Virus record (IMG/VR): IMGVR_UViG_3300028299_000006
Location: 6,758 to 70,757 of that record
Length of the DNA stretch: 64,000 bases
Strand: one strand, 5' to 3'
DNA from: a virus
Under the pieces are notes generated by a model, which was not told the origin of the DNA, made no database searches, and was given only the letters and a program-made list of their open reading frames with translations. Position 1 is the stretch's first letter; each line of letters begins with the position of its first letter. Position numbers and translations under genes: made by a program. This document shows positions 1 to 10,988 of the stretch, piece by piece.

Positions 1-248
1 AGAATAAAAGTTATCTCATCGTTTTTATCAGTTTTATCAATAAAAGATATATCAAATTGAACATTTCTTTTGGAAATTGTCAACAAATCATTAGATATTC
101 CATCTATATCATCCATTCTCTTTAAGATTTCAGCAAAATCTGAAGATATGTACATTCTCATATGTGATTTCAACGATTCTTTTTTCTTATCTTCTAATTC
201 ATCGGTTGTCAAATCCTCATTCATAAAATTATCATATTTATAAATCAT
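1..248 (-). CDS. Hypothetical protein, N-terminal part (runs off window start); related to 24005, 48386 and 53960
   Basis: Hand translation from ATG 248: MIYKYDNFMNEDLTTDELEDKKKESLKSHMRMYISSDFAEILKRMDD...DISFIDKTDKNDEITFI, open to position 1. Confidence 0.75.
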   Translation of the reverse strand, partial: MIYKYDNFMNEDLTTDELEDKKKESLKSHMRMYISSDFAEILKRMDDIDGISNDLLTISKRNVQFDISFIDKTDKNDEITFI

Positions 249-300
249 TGTTCAAAATTAGTTATTTTTTACTATATATTAAAATTTATTTTCAATATTT

Positions 301-3300
301 TCATAACGTAACTCTTGATTTTTGTACAGAACTAATTGGGGTTACTTGTATTGATGTGTTTAGTGTTGGTGTTGGTGGACTTGGTGGATTTACAGCTCTT
401 AAACTACCCTTGTGAAAAGTTCCATTCATAAAAATGCCGTTCCTAAAATTTCCATCTAAAAATTCACCATCTATCCACAGTCCATTTAAAAATTCACCAC
501 TTTGAAATATTGATGAACCACTAATTAATATATCGGTATTTTCAGTACCAAATACTCCATTATAAAATGTGCTATTATTGAAAATGCCAGTAAAGAAATG
601 TCCACCATAAAATTTACTATTTTTAAATGTGCCAAAATACCAATGTGATTTATTGTTATTTACAACATCTAGTGTTATACCAGTTGATGTATAAAATTCT
701 GAGTTATTAAAAGATCCATTCCACCATTCTGTTGTAGTTGATGATGTTGATAGTGTGTTATATCCGAATCTAGATAAAGACTTAGACATAGAAGTAAATA
801 TACCATTTTCCCAAATACCACTCTTGAAATCACCACTTAGAAATGTTCCGTTCCACCAGTTTCCATCAAATGTACCATTATAGAATTGACCATTTTTCCA
901 ATATCCACCATACATTTCACCATATAAGAATAATCCAGTTTCCCATATAGAATTTTTGAATTCACCATTATAAAAATTACCATTTTTCCATACCGTGACA
1001 TTAAGATTATTTGGTAATATATTAATATGATTTAAGAAAACTTTTGATGTGTATCCTGTTATAGAAACATCATCACCAAATATACCATTATACCAATTTC
1101 CATTTCTCCAAACACCATTTAAGAATTTTGAATATTTTTTATTATCATCTAAACTTTTAAACCTATCGTACGAGAATAATTCCTTTTTATCAATTAAATA
1201 ACTATACCATCTACCATTTCTCCATATTCCATCATACCAAGTTCCAGAATACCATGATCCATTAATCCATTCTCCACAATACCAATCACCCATATACCAA
1301 ACCAATCCATATTCGTTTTCACCAATAACAGCGTTTTTAAACGAAGCGTTAAACAACCACCCATATTTTATTTTTATTTTTTCAACGGTTAACCCATTAA
1401 CTAATTTCATAGATTGTTCTAGATAATTAAGATCAATACTAATCGTATGACCACTAACCATTGTATCTGAAATTAATATATTACTAGGTAATATCGGTAA
1501 AGGCATTTTGGTATGTTTATCTATACCAATATCAATCAATTCTACGGGTCTTAGTGTTAAATTTTCATCGTTATAATATAAAATATCATTAGTAAAACCA
1601 GATGATAGATATGTGTTTCCAGAATATCTTTCATTGTATAGTTTTAATATAAATCTATTCCTATTATCTGGATATATTGTGCCAGTTGTATACTCCATTA
1701 TTCTAGAATCCTTACTCAAAATTTCAGAATACGCTTTACATATTCTTTTAATTTCTTCATTATCTTTTTTATTATAGTAATCATTAGTTGATCCACTATA
1801 AATATCAATATTTCTATAGACATCATATAATGTCTCGGACATACCACTTAATGAGTATAATGATTTTATAGATGTAACCCTAGTTGTTAATCCTGTTGGG
1901 TGTTCTATGGTTATATAATCACAACCTTTATCTATTATAAATGCTTTATAGTTAGTGTTAATGCCAACTAGTGTGTGATTATAGAAATTATTTAAATCAC
2001 TAACTGATGTTGGTGTTATCTTTATTGGACTATCTAAATCTGTTGTTGTTTGTGGATATGATGAATCATCCAATAAATATGTATACGCGGATGTAAAATT
2101 TGTAATTGTAAATCCAGAATATAAAATAAAATCAGAATTAAATACGGTACTATTTATAGAGTTAAGATGTTCATATAATTTATAATCAATATAATAGTTA
2201 TTAGAATCAAATGTCTGCGCAGTTGTGTCCATATAGAATGTAATAGAATCATAATCAATATATCTATCAAATTTAGATTTTTTAGCTGAAATATTTATTG
2301 GAAATGTTGTACCAGTTATAGTATAAAATTTTCCATAAAAGTGGTTGTTTAATATATCTATAGATGTAGGCCAATCAGCGGATGATAATTTATTCAAATT
2401 TTCTATTCTTAAATATGTCATACCAGAATCACTATTATATCCATCTAAAATATAATTAGGAATATATTCATTTAATTCAATATAATTACCATATATACTT
2501 TTTATTTTTGAATTAAAGAATACATTTATAGTTTCACCACTAGTTATACCAGTCATAGTTATGTATAGATAATCATTAGGATCACAATTACTAGTGAATG
2601 TTGAATTAGTTTCTAGTTGTGTTGTACCACTATACCATGTCGTGCCTGTAAAATTACTAGTGTTATAATTAACAAATCCATCAACAGTAAATGATTCATA
2701 ATTATCACGATAATAAATTGTTATACCAGTAGATGGGGCGTTAGTAAATGTTATATCATTATAAAAACTATCATTATTTTTATTCAGTTTTCTAGCGAAA
2801 TCATAATCAGTGAACCATAATTTTGGTATTTCTAAATATGATGTTCCTGTATTATTTATATTATACTTAAATATATGTTTTATTATAAATGTATGTCCAG
2901 TATCAAAATATTTTACATCATCTGATATTGGAAAAGTATCACCAGTATTTCTTAAAAAGAATTCTATATTTGTATTATTATCCAATCTAGCATGAACCCC
3001 ATATCTATAAGAAGTTCCAGTTGTTGATAGATCATCTGTTCTTGTTAAATTTCCACCTATATCAAAAGAATAGATATCATTTTCTGTTTTGTCGTCTTGA
3101 TTAATAAGAATTATACGATGTGTAGATTTTAATGGTATATTATTTAGTTGTGTTATTTTTTGTGTTATATCAATATTATCTGCACTATATGTATCAACAT
3201 AAGTAAAATTATTCATAAATTCATTTATAACATCATATTCGTTATACATAAATTTTAGATATTCATTTCCACCAACCATTATACTTCTATTATAAATATC

Positions 3301-3492
3301 TCTTATATCTAATACATATTGATAACATACACCAGATACACATTGTTGATACTTAAAATAAGTATCCTCTAGATTGTGTATAGTTGGACTATCTCTATAT
3401 TTATCTAATCTATTGACCTTTTCCCATGTAACACCTGAAGTATGACCAGTATTTAAAAACCAATCAAATTTATAATTCCACAAATCACCCAT
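301..3492 (-). CDS. Large protein with C-terminal G-x-W/F-x-x pentapeptide repeats, possibly virion-associated
   Basis: 1063 aa ORF; T/S/N-rich body; repeats such as GDWYCGEWINGSWYSGTWYDGIWRNGRW. Confidence 0.6.
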   Translation of the reverse strand: MGDLWNYKFDWFLNTGHTSGVTWEKVNRLDKYRDSPTIHNLEDTYFKYQQCVSGVCYQYVLDIRDIYNRSIMVGGNEYLKFMYNEYDVINEFMNNFTYVDTYSADNIDITQKITQLNNIPLKSTHRIILINQDDKTENDIYSFDIGGNLTRTDDLSTTGTSYRYGVHARLDNNTNIEFFLRNTGDTFPISDDVKYFDTGHTFIIKHIFKYNINNTGTSYLEIPKLWFTDYDFARKLNKNNDSFYNDITFTNAPSTGITIYYRDNYESFTVDGFVNYNTSNFTGTTWYSGTTQLETNSTFTSNCDPNDYLYITMTGITSGETINVFFNSKIKSIYGNYIELNEYIPNYILDGYNSDSGMTYLRIENLNKLSSADWPTSIDILNNHFYGKFYTITGTTFPINISAKKSKFDRYIDYDSITFYMDTTAQTFDSNNYYIDYKLYEHLNSINSTVFNSDFILYSGFTITNFTSAYTYLLDDSSYPQTTTDLDSPIKITPTSVSDLNNFYNHTLVGINTNYKAFIIDKGCDYITIEHPTGLTTRVTSIKSLYSLSGMSETLYDVYRNIDIYSGSTNDYYNKKDNEEIKRICKAYSEILSKDSRIMEYTTGTIYPDNRNRFILKLYNERYSGNTYLSSGFTNDILYYNDENLTLRPVELIDIGIDKHTKMPLPILPSNILISDTMVSGHTISIDLNYLEQSMKLVNGLTVEKIKIKYGWLFNASFKNAVIGENEYGLVWYMGDWYCGEWINGSWYSGTWYDGIWRNGRWYSYLIDKKELFSYDRFKSLDDNKKYSKFLNGVWRNGNWYNGIFGDDVSITGYTSKVFLNHINILPNNLNVTVWKNGNFYNGEFKNSIWETGLFLYGEMYGGYWKNGQFYNGTFDGNWWNGTFLSGDFKSGIWENGIFTSMSKSLSRFGYNTLSTSSTTTEWWNGSFNNSEFYTSTGITLDVVNNNKSHWYFGTFKNSKFYGGHFFTGIFNNSTFYNGVFGTENTDILISGSSIFQSGEFLNGLWIDGEFLDGNFRNGIFMNGTFHKGSLRAVNPPSPPTPTLNTSIQVTPISSVQKSRVTL

Positions 3493-3575
3493 TTGATGCT
3501 TTAGTATTTTTATTTATATATAAAAAATAATGATTTGAAAATATTAATATATAAACAAAAATATATAACTATTTT

Positions 3576-4433
3576 ATGAAGTTATTCCATTCAAATTATA
3601 ATCCTGATCCAATAGATTTTGATACACTAAATTTAACAGAGTGTATTGAGATAATTAGAAAATATGTTATCTCTGATTATGATTTAACAGATCAAACAAT
3701 CGAATTGAAAATAATAAAATCTAGATTAGAAAAAATAAACAAAAGGTTTTATGAACTTTTTGATAATTTACATATGGCTTCTGTTATTATTGAACATAGG
3801 GATGATAACTTTATTATGTTACAATTTAATAAAAAATCTAGAGAATTAGATAAATTAACAGATGATGCAATAGGAAAATCATTGAAAGAAATATATCCTA
3901 GTATAGAGGATTTTCACATATTAAAAGTTTTTAAAAGGGTTTCCGAAACTGGTATACCAGAAAAACACACTGGAAAATATATTTATGATGGAACTAGAGA
4001 AGGATATAGAAATAGTTATATCTATAGATTGAATGATTATAGTGATAGAACAGAAATAGCGTCAATGTATGAAGATTTTACCCATATTAAAGATACATAT
4101 GACGCGTTTTATACTATATTTAATATGTCTCTGTGTCCGATGTGTATCCTAGATAAAAATTATGTTATATATGATGTAAACGAAAGTTTTTGTAAATATG
4201 TTAAATATGAAAGGAATGAATTAATTGATAATTCTGTGTTTAGAAAAAATATTATTTATGATTTAGAAGAAGATTTTTTAAAAGAATTAAGTGGAACTAA
4301 TGAAGTAAAAGAGTATAATGTGACAGGGGTATCAAAAAATAATGATTTCTTACAAGCGGTATTATCCGCACAGTATATAACAATTGAAGGTAATAAGTAT
4401 CTATTAACAGCTATAAGACCAATTCATAAATAA
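3576..4433 (+). CDS. Tandem PAS-domain sensor-like protein without kinase domain
   Basis: Two PAS-like segments (FN...IGKSLKEIYP...FKRVSETG; ILDKNYVIYDVNESFCKYVKYERNELI). Confidence 0.7.
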   Translation: MKLFHSNYNPDPIDFDTLNLTECIEIIRKYVISDYDLTDQTIELKIIKSRLEKINKRFYELFDNLHMASVIIEHRDDNFIMLQFNKKSRELDKLTDDAIGKSLKEIYPSIEDFHILKVFKRVSETGIPEKHTGKYIYDGTREGYRNSYIYRLNDYSDRTEIASMYEDFTHIKDTYDAFYTIFNMSLCPMCILDKNYVIYDVNESFCKYVKYERNELIDNSVFRKNIIYDLEEDFLKELSGTNEVKEYNVTGVSKNNDFLQAVLSAQYITIEGNKYLLTAIRPIHK

Positions 4434-4481
4434 ACTTAATTTAATTTTTTACATATAATAAAAAAATAATTATGTCCAATA

Positions 4482-4676
4482 ATGCATGATTTACGGAATA
4501 CACCAAGAAGAGAAAGAAAAATTAATATAAGAGGATTTTTTAAAAAATTAAAATGGAAACATTTAATATATTTATTAATAATTATTATCTTATTCTTTCC
4601 AACAGTTTCTGGTACAATAATAGGTAATTGGATTGTTGATTTTTTAGGAACTATAATTAGTATAATAAATGGATAA
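4482..4676 (+). CDS. Small membrane protein
   Basis: Basic N-terminus then hydrophobic LIYLLIIIILFFP segment. Confidence 0.6.
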   Translation: MHDLRNTPRRERKINIRGFFKKLKWKHLIYLLIIIILFFPTVSGTIIGNWIVDFLGTIISIING

Positions 4677-4863
4677 AGAATTTTATTTAGATAACATCAA
4701 GGTATTGGATTGGTTAACAAACGATGAATACCAAACTATTCGTTTTAAAAATAGAATAGAATATAGACATAATGGTAAATTAGATCGTGATGACGGGCCC
4801 GCGATAGAATACTTTGATGGAACTGAAGAATATTATAAAAATGGTGAAAAATACGAGAAATAA
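4669..4863 (+). CDS. Small phage protein with NGKLDRDDGPAIE repeat unit
   Basis: Motif HNGKLDRDDGPAIEY..G..EYYKNG is a common phage repeat. Confidence 0.65.
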   Translation: MDKEFYLDNIKVLDWLTNDEYQTIRFKNRIEYRHNGKLDRDDGPAIEYFDGTEEYYKNGEKYEK

Positions 4864-4864
4864 T

Positions 4865-5137
4865 TTACTTTTTATAAATCACACAATATGGATCGTTATT
4901 ACTCAATTGAATAATTTTTCTAAACGCTTCTCTGATATTACCATCAACAACTAATGGGTTATCCATAGATATGACCTTTTTCATCATCTTATAATTTATT
5001 TCATATGGATCACCTTTATAAACTATCTTATCAGTTTTTAATTCAAAAATCATATTTAATATTTCTTCATTTAGAGATTGTTGACTTTTAAAGCTTCTAT
5101 ATGTGATTTTTTCTTTAAGATCTAACTCCACTATCAT
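4865..5137 (-). CDS. Hypothetical protein
   Basis: 90 aa ORF fitting gene packing. Confidence 0.55.
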   Translation of the reverse strand: MIVELDLKEKITYRSFKSQQSLNEEILNMIFELKTDKIVYKGDPYEINYKMMKKVISMDNPLVVDGNIREAFRKIIQLSNNDPYCVIYKK

Positions 5138-5270
5138 TTGTTTATTTTGAATTTTTATATCTTTTTTTATTAAAAGTTTTAAAGAAAAAATGATATTTAT
5201 ATTTTTATATATAAAAATTACAACTTAATAATTTTATTTTATTATAAAATACAAAAAAGTAGAAAAAGAT

Positions 5271-5795
5271 ATGAAAAGAGTTAAAAATTTTACAGAATTT
5301 CTAAAAGAATCAAATATTTTCCCACAAGACGATATGCCACAAACCGAAATTCCACAGGGTGAAATGGATGATGAGTTTATTCAAAACGAATATCCACAAG
5401 ACGAATTTATTCCAAATAGGGAAGAATCAGAAGATGAGGAAAAAGAAGAAATGGTAGAAATAACATATAATAAAACCACAGATTCTTGGAATGTTGATAG
5501 AGAACTAGACGAACCTACTGATATTGATGAATTCACAGAGTGGTTTAATAGTATTGATGAAGAAGAAACAACGGTATCTATGACAGAAAATGATGAAAGA
5601 GATGAAGTTACTTTCTTTATTCCAGAATATCTATATGTTGAATATCTAGAAGGTGTTGGAGGAACAAAAGCTCCTGATTACGATGTTGATAATGATACAG
5701 GAGAGATTATTGATTATGATAACGATGATGATATTGAAAATATAGGTGGTGATCTTAATTTTGATAATCTTGATGATGACGAAGATGATATTTAA
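5271..5795 (+). CDS. Highly acidic protein with capsid-targeting-like N-terminus
   Basis: MKRVKNFTEFLKES start; D/E-rich. Confidence 0.65.
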   Translation: MKRVKNFTEFLKESNIFPQDDMPQTEIPQGEMDDEFIQNEYPQDEFIPNREESEDEEKEEMVEITYNKTTDSWNVDRELDEPTDIDEFTEWFNSIDEEETTVSMTENDERDEVTFFIPEYLYVEYLEGVGGTKAPDYDVDNDTGEIIDYDNDDDIENIGGDLNFDNLDDDEDDI

Positions 5796-6268
5796 ATATG
5801 ATCTAGTACACTAATAAGTCTAGGTTTTATTCTTTCTTTTGCTTGTTCCTTTGTTATGAAACCAGCCCAATCTATTTCATTTTTTTGGAGTTTCTTTCTT
5901 TTTAATATTAATCTACCTTCGAATAATTTTTCAAATGATTCATTGGTTAAATTAACAACATAGAAATAAGCTATTTTTATTTTTCCAATTTCTTCGTTAA
6001 CTATTCTATAAAGATTTCTTTCGGATAATAATGATTCATCCATATTTATTCCAATTTCCTCTTCAACTTCTCTTATAGCGGCTTCTCTTATAGTTTCACC
6101 AATATCTATATGTCCTTTTGGATAAGAGAAAGCACCATACCATCTTTCTCTATATGGATGTATTAATAATATCATTTTGTTATATATGAAAACAACACCA
6201 GAAGTAATTTCTGTTTTTTTCTTTTTGAATTCTCTATAATCTAAAATTTCTTCAGTCTCATCAAACAT
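5792..6268 (-). CDS. NUDIX hydrolase
   Basis: Nudix box PKGHIDIGETIREAAIREVEEEIG. Confidence 0.9.
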   Translation of the reverse strand: MFDETEEILDYREFKKKKTEITSGVVFIYNKMILLIHPYRERWYGAFSYPKGHIDIGETIREAAIREVEEEIGINMDESLLSERNLYRIVNEEIGKIKIAYFYVVNLTNESFEKLFEGRLILKRKKLQKNEIDWAGFITKEQAKERIKPRLISVLDHI

Positions 6269-6273
6269 TTTTA

Positions 6274-6462
6274 TTATTGTGTTTCTTCTGTATCTCCCTG
6301 ATCTTGATCTAGAAATTTTCTTTTTTTCTTTTCAATCTCATCACGGATTATTGCTGCACCCTCATATTTTTCTGATTCTACTTGAATGAACATTAATTTT
6401 TTCAAAATATCAATGTCTAAATCTTCTAAATCTTTTCTATTAAATCTAACGAAACTTTCCAT
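6274..6462 (-). CDS. UvrB/UvrC (UVR) motif protein
   Basis: VESEKYEGAAIIRDEI matches the UVR coiled-coil motif. Confidence 0.65.
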   Translation of the reverse strand: MESFVRFNRKDLEDLDIDILKKLMFIQVESEKYEGAAIIRDEIEKKKRKFLDQDQGDTEETQ

Positions 6463-6464
6463 AA

Positions 6465-6806
6465 TTAGTCCTTTATTATAAATTTTTCTTCATCATCTAA
6501 GTCTTCTATAACATCCGCGTCCAAATATTCACCAGTTATTTTATAATATAAATCAATGTAGTCATCATCATCCAATTCTTTACCAATTAATTTCTCAACA
6601 TAGTCAATAATATCTTTGGTATTTATTGGCTTTTTTAGAGTTTTGAAATATTGATACGCCTGATCAATAAATTTGTTTATATTTTCATCACCTTCTTCTT
6701 TTACCACACCTTCATTTACTGGATTATGTAAAAATTTTTTATATTTTAATAAATTTGACATTTTACATTTCTTATTTTTTTGTATATATAAAAAATTTTC
6801 ATTCAA
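6465..6806 (-). CDS. Hypothetical protein (start probably 6761, MSNLLKYKKF)
   Basis: ORF; internal Met follows a TATATA promoter-like site. Confidence 0.55.
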   Translation of the reverse strand: MNENFLYIQKNKKCKMSNLLKYKKFLHNPVNEGVVKEEGDENINKFIDQAYQYFKTLKKPINTKDIIDYVEKLIGKELDDDDYIDLYYKITGEYLDADVIEDLDDEEKFIIKD

Positions 6807-7578
6807 AAATTACCTCTATTTCTTGGTGACAGGAGATGTTTTCAAATCCATCTATATTACTCATTGATATAATTTTACCATCTAGATATTGTTCATTTAT
6901 AAATTCTTGACTAACATCACCAAAAACATTGTTATTAAAATTTTGAACTTTATTTACAGGGTTATTCATTATTATAGATTTTTGATACATAACCATAAAT
7001 GGTTTTCTAATTGGGTTTGCTGCTAGTCCACCCTCTAGTGAATTTGGATTACTATATCCATTTAATCTTAACATATCTATGATATCTGATGTTCTAACTA
7101 TATGGCCATCAACAGACATAGGATAACCAAAATCACCTTCTTTTCCAACCCAAGGTAATATACACTCATCAATAAGTTCTGGTTTTCTTTGTTGAATTTT
7201 AGCTGGATAACAATATGTTAAATTTGGATGAAGTCTTAATGATAAACACACTACAGAATCGTTTTCTAATAATTTGAATTCATTGTCTTCTATTGAAAAT
7301 GGTTCTTTGAAAATGTTATCATCCACAAAAAATGTTGTATATTTTTTATTCTCATCTATTACAGATAATAAGTTATTTTTGAAGGATTCTTCTTTTATGT
7401 AATTGAATTCTGGATGTTTTTGTTTTGTTAATTCATATCCTCTTCTAAAGTTTTCATTAGAATAAGTATATAAAATACTTATTCTGAATTGATTACATTC
7501 CTTGAAATATTTTTTCATACTTCTTAGTAGTAACTCTAGCTGACAAGCTCTGTCCTTACTGAAAATAGTTATATTCAT
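6799..7578 (-). CDS. Glycosyltransferase (GT-A fold)
   Basis: IFSKDRACQLELLL start, FFVDD acidic motif, FGYPMSVDGHI. Confidence 0.7.
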   Translation of the reverse strand: MNITIFSKDRACQLELLLRSMKKYFKECNQFRISILYTYSNENFRRGYELTKQKHPEFNYIKEESFKNNLLSVIDENKKYTTFFVDDNIFKEPFSIEDNEFKLLENDSVVCLSLRLHPNLTYCYPAKIQQRKPELIDECILPWVGKEGDFGYPMSVDGHIVRTSDIIDMLRLNGYSNPNSLEGGLAANPIRKPFMVMYQKSIIMNNPVNKVQNFNNNVFGDVSQEFINEQYLDGKIISMSNIDGFENISCHQEIEVIFE

Positions 7579-8216
7579 TATTTAATATTATTTTTAAATC
7601 TATCAACGATATAATTTTGATTGACTTCTCTTTTTTCAATATCACTATAGTCGTTTCTTTGAGTTGTCATCATTGGATTAACCATAAAACAAGGATATTT
7701 ACTTTGAATATGTTGAGCGAAAAACACATCTAGAATATCATCATATTTTGAAATTCTTTCTAATCCCTCGTATTTTCTTATAAACGCTTCATAAACAGAA
7801 TTATGATACGCCATAGAATGAACCGCGAATGAATTTTTTAATAATATTAGATTTGGTTTTATTTTTATTAATTTATTGTGTGTGTTCGCACCTAAATAAA
7901 ACAGTACCCATTTCATATCACCCAATTGTGATAAGGATGTTTTTAAGACCTCATTTGGATTATCAACAATAAACTGAACATCATCTTCAAAAACTAGAAC
8001 ATTATCCAATTTATTTTTCTTCGCGTATTTAACAATTTCTAGATTTGATTTTATTATACCAATTCTACCATCATCCGATTTAATCGCAGAAAACCGTTCA
8101 ACCTGGTCTAATATATCTATTTTATCAAATTCTTTTTGACATACTTCCCATCTATCTGTTCTATGGTCTAAATTTATGCAGAATATTTTATTGAAAAAAC
8201 TAAAAGGATTGTCCAT
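7578..8216 (-). CDS. Glycosyltransferase family 25
   Basis: CINLDHRTDRW, ERFSAI and LVFEDDV motifs. Confidence 0.85.
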   Translation of the reverse strand: MDNPFSFFNKIFCINLDHRTDRWEVCQKEFDKIDILDQVERFSAIKSDDGRIGIIKSNLEIVKYAKKNKLDNVLVFEDDVQFIVDNPNEVLKTSLSQLGDMKWVLFYLGANTHNKLIKIKPNLILLKNSFAVHSMAYHNSVYEAFIRKYEGLERISKYDDILDVFFAQHIQSKYPCFMVNPMMTTQRNDYSDIEKREVNQNYIVDRFKNNIK

Positions 8217-8294
8217 AATGATTTCTTTTTTTTATAATATATTTTTAAAAAAAGTAAATGTTTAATTTAATATATAAAGAAAATAAATAATATT

Positions 8295-8810
8295 ATGAAA
8301 CATATAAAATTATTTGAAGAATTCAGACACATAAATTTTAGTGGAACAGACAAAGATAAGAAAGAACCATTTTTTAATAAACATAAAAAAGATTACAAAA
8401 ATGAAAAAGAAAGAAAAGAAAGAAGAAAACTCCTGAAAGAATGTGGCATTGATGATATAGAATATTATGATAAGTTAATTAATAAACTATCAAATTTTGG
8501 ATTATCTATTACAACACCCGAAATTATTGATTATTTTGGTTATTTAAATAAAAATAATCAATATAGATCTAAGGTTTATTATGAATCTAATGTTAAATAT
8601 GTTATAGATATATTTCCAACTTATGGTAGTGCATATGGCCCAAGTACACCAGTGGATGATGATGAAGATTCATGGGGAGAACACGATCATATTACTTTGA
8701 AAAAAGTTAAAATCACCAATCTATCTGATAATAAAAAAATAAAAACAGATTCTTTGTGGCAAGCTATTTATAAGATATTAGATATAGAAAAAGAAAAGAG
8801 AATAATATGA
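8295..8810 (+). CDS. Hypothetical protein, MKHIKLFEEF family
   Basis: Shared N-terminal motif. Confidence 0.65.
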   Translation: MKHIKLFEEFRHINFSGTDKDKKEPFFNKHKKDYKNEKERKERRKLLKECGIDDIEYYDKLINKLSNFGLSITTPEIIDYFGYLNKNNQYRSKVYYESNVKYVIDIFPTYGSAYGPSTPVDDDEDSWGEHDHITLKKVKITNLSDNKKIKTDSLWQAIYKILDIEKEKRII

Positions 8811-9472
8811 TAAAGAAATACAATCTGTTTATATTTGAAAGTTATTTGGAAGATATTGAAAACATTCCAATGGTCGCGGACGCGGAAATATTGGAATCAA
8901 TAGTTGTTGATTCTGATGAATTGATGCGTGATGTGAAAGCGAGTAAAGAATCGTTTGACGGTGAACCATTTAATTTTGATATTAGACAATTTGATGATGA
9001 TTATACAATAGAACAATTAAGAAATAATCCAGATTTTAATGATTCTTTATCACATAATGAAATGTTTATCAGTGAGTTATCAAATACTAGAGATTATGAT
9101 ACTTTTATAGATAATGATATAAAATATATGTTAATCCATAAAAGAGATGATAGAGATTTAGATAAATTAGAAAAATTAGGAGATCCATTATATATTATAT
9201 TTCAAACAAAAGATCTTCATGGAGACTGGAAAAGAGACAATATTAAAATTTATAAAATAGAAGGTAATTTCAATAATTTCTATAGAAAGTTGAGTTCCAA
9301 GACAATTGAACTCGTAAAAGGTGATAAGAAATATATCTATATAAGTAACGGTCAAAATTGGATACTTAGAAATATTGAAAATAAAGATGAAACATTTAAG
9401 GATGTTATGTCAAACGATGAAATTAAATTGAGACTAAAAGAAGGTGATGTTACTATTACTATAGTATCATAA
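8807..9472 (+). CDS. Hypothetical protein
   Basis: 221 aa ORF, MIKKYNLFIFE start. Confidence 0.65.
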   Translation: MIKKYNLFIFESYLEDIENIPMVADAEILESIVVDSDELMRDVKASKESFDGEPFNFDIRQFDDDYTIEQLRNNPDFNDSLSHNEMFISELSNTRDYDTFIDNDIKYMLIHKRDDRDLDKLEKLGDPLYIIFQTKDLHGDWKRDNIKIYKIEGNFNNFYRKLSSKTIELVKGDKKYIYISNGQNWILRNIENKDETFKDVMSNDEIKLRLKEGDVTITIVS

Positions 9473-9477
9473 TTGAA

Positions 9478-10272
9478 TTACCGTTGTTGTTCACTATCAA
9501 CTTTTATAATGTTATCAGCTACTTCTTTTGGTGAATTTTTGGCAGCGAAACCTCTTCTTACAAAATCACTGAATGATTCTCTTCTCATATACCATTCCCA
9601 ATAAGTTCTAGCGTTGGATGATGCACCTTTATATAATTCATCTCTTACCGCGTCTCTATATGATCTTAAATCACTTATTTTATTATCATGTTTTGATATT
9701 AATTCTAAAACTTCATTAGGTGATTTATCCTCATCATATAATTTTCTCAAATAAACATAAAATCTTGGTAACGCTATTTCTCTGTTCCAATATTCTTTTT
9801 TTCCATTAACATATAGGTTATCTCTAACTTCTTTTTTCCATCTTTCAAAATAATCACCAGCGTCTTTATTGGTATAAATATTTTTTATATTATTTAATAT
9901 TGATATTTCTTCACTATCATCAGAATAATCATTGTTTTTTATGACACTATTAAGAATGTATATACACAAATCAATTATTTTTGAACTAGATGGAATTTCT
10001 TTCACATCAACTCTATAATCACTTTTAGATGAAGATGATTGTAGATAGATATTTAATTTATTAAATTGTTTTCTTTCAAACATAGGCATTTCTATAACTA
10101 AAAATTTATTAGCGTGTAGGTTTATTGATGATATAAATACATATTTTATTCTCTTTGAAACTGATTCTTTCGATCTACCAACATAATCCCAGAACATTTC
10201 ATCTGATTGAGTATCACTTATTAGTTTATTTAAAATATTTTTATTCTTCCTTAGTTTTATCTGCATAAACAT
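9478..10272 (-). CDS. Hypothetical protein with internal duplicated helical unit
   Basis: WKKEVRDNLY..KSPNEV versus YRDAVRDELY..NSPKEV. Confidence 0.6.
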   Translation of the reverse strand: MFMQIKLRKNKNILNKLISDTQSDEMFWDYVGRSKESVSKRIKYVFISSINLHANKFLVIEMPMFERKQFNKLNIYLQSSSSKSDYRVDVKEIPSSSKIIDLCIYILNSVIKNNDYSDDSEEISILNNIKNIYTNKDAGDYFERWKKEVRDNLYVNGKKEYWNREIALPRFYVYLRKLYDEDKSPNEVLELISKHDNKISDLRSYRDAVRDELYKGASSNARTYWEWYMRRESFSDFVRRGFAAKNSPKEVADNIIKVDSEQQR

Positions 10273-10283
10273 ATATAGTAAAA

Positions 10284-10700
10284 TTACAAATTAAATTGTT
10301 TATAGATATTTTCTTTTGGTGGTAGTACAGAATTTATACATATTATTAAATTGTTTAATTGATCCCATTTATATATATCTTTAACTCCCAATCTTTCCAA
10401 TAATTCATCACTAGCGTAAAATCTATAAAGATTGTCTTTATTAAACCAAAACAATAATTCATAGAATTTATTATTTATTTCCAATGATAATAAAACACTA
10501 ATTCCATCTTCAACAACACCAATGTAGTCTATAACAGAAATATTCATATTAAGGATTCTTATTTTTAATATATATAAAAAAAAGGTCATCCAATGGCAAG
10601 AAATAGTGATCATAAAGATTTTTATATAAGAAGTAGAACTCATCCAAGTTTTCAAGAAAATAAAATTGATGAGGAAGAACTTATAAATGTAATAATACAA
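10284..10700 (-). CDS. Hypothetical protein (true start probably the internal MNISVIDY)
   Basis: The upstream part overlaps the divergent gp25-like gene. Confidence 0.5.
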   Translation of the reverse strand: MYYYIYKFFLINFIFLKTWMSSTSYIKIFMITISCHWMTFFLYILKIRILNMNISVIDYIGVVEDGISVLLSLEINNKFYELLFWFNKDNLYRFYASDELLERLGVKDIYKWDQLNNLIICINSVLPPKENIYKQFNL

Positions 10701-10967
10701 AAACTAGAAATGGTATTATTTACAAATAGAGGGGATGTGTATGGTGATTTTAAAGCTGGTGGTGACTTGGAATATTATCTATGGTCAACTCGTGTTCCAT
10801 CATCAGAAATAAGAAGAAAAATAAACGAACAGATAATTACTTATATTCCAGAATTATCTGATATGGGATATACATTAAGTGTTGATATATATGAGGGACA
10901 GATTAGAGATATTATGTACTTGAGATTTAGAATAAATGAATACAATATCAATTTTGTAATTGATTGA
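10593..10967 (+). CDS. gp25/GPW-like baseplate wedge protein
   Basis: IQKLEMVLFTNRGDVYGDFKAGGDLEYYLW...INEQIITYIP resembles gp25 family. Confidence 0.65.
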   Translation: MARNSDHKDFYIRSRTHPSFQENKIDEEELINVIIQKLEMVLFTNRGDVYGDFKAGGDLEYYLWSTRVPSSEIRRKINEQIITYIPELSDMGYTLSVDIYEGQIRDIMYLRFRINEYNINFVID

Positions 10968-10988
10968 TCAAAAAATATTTAAATTAAA

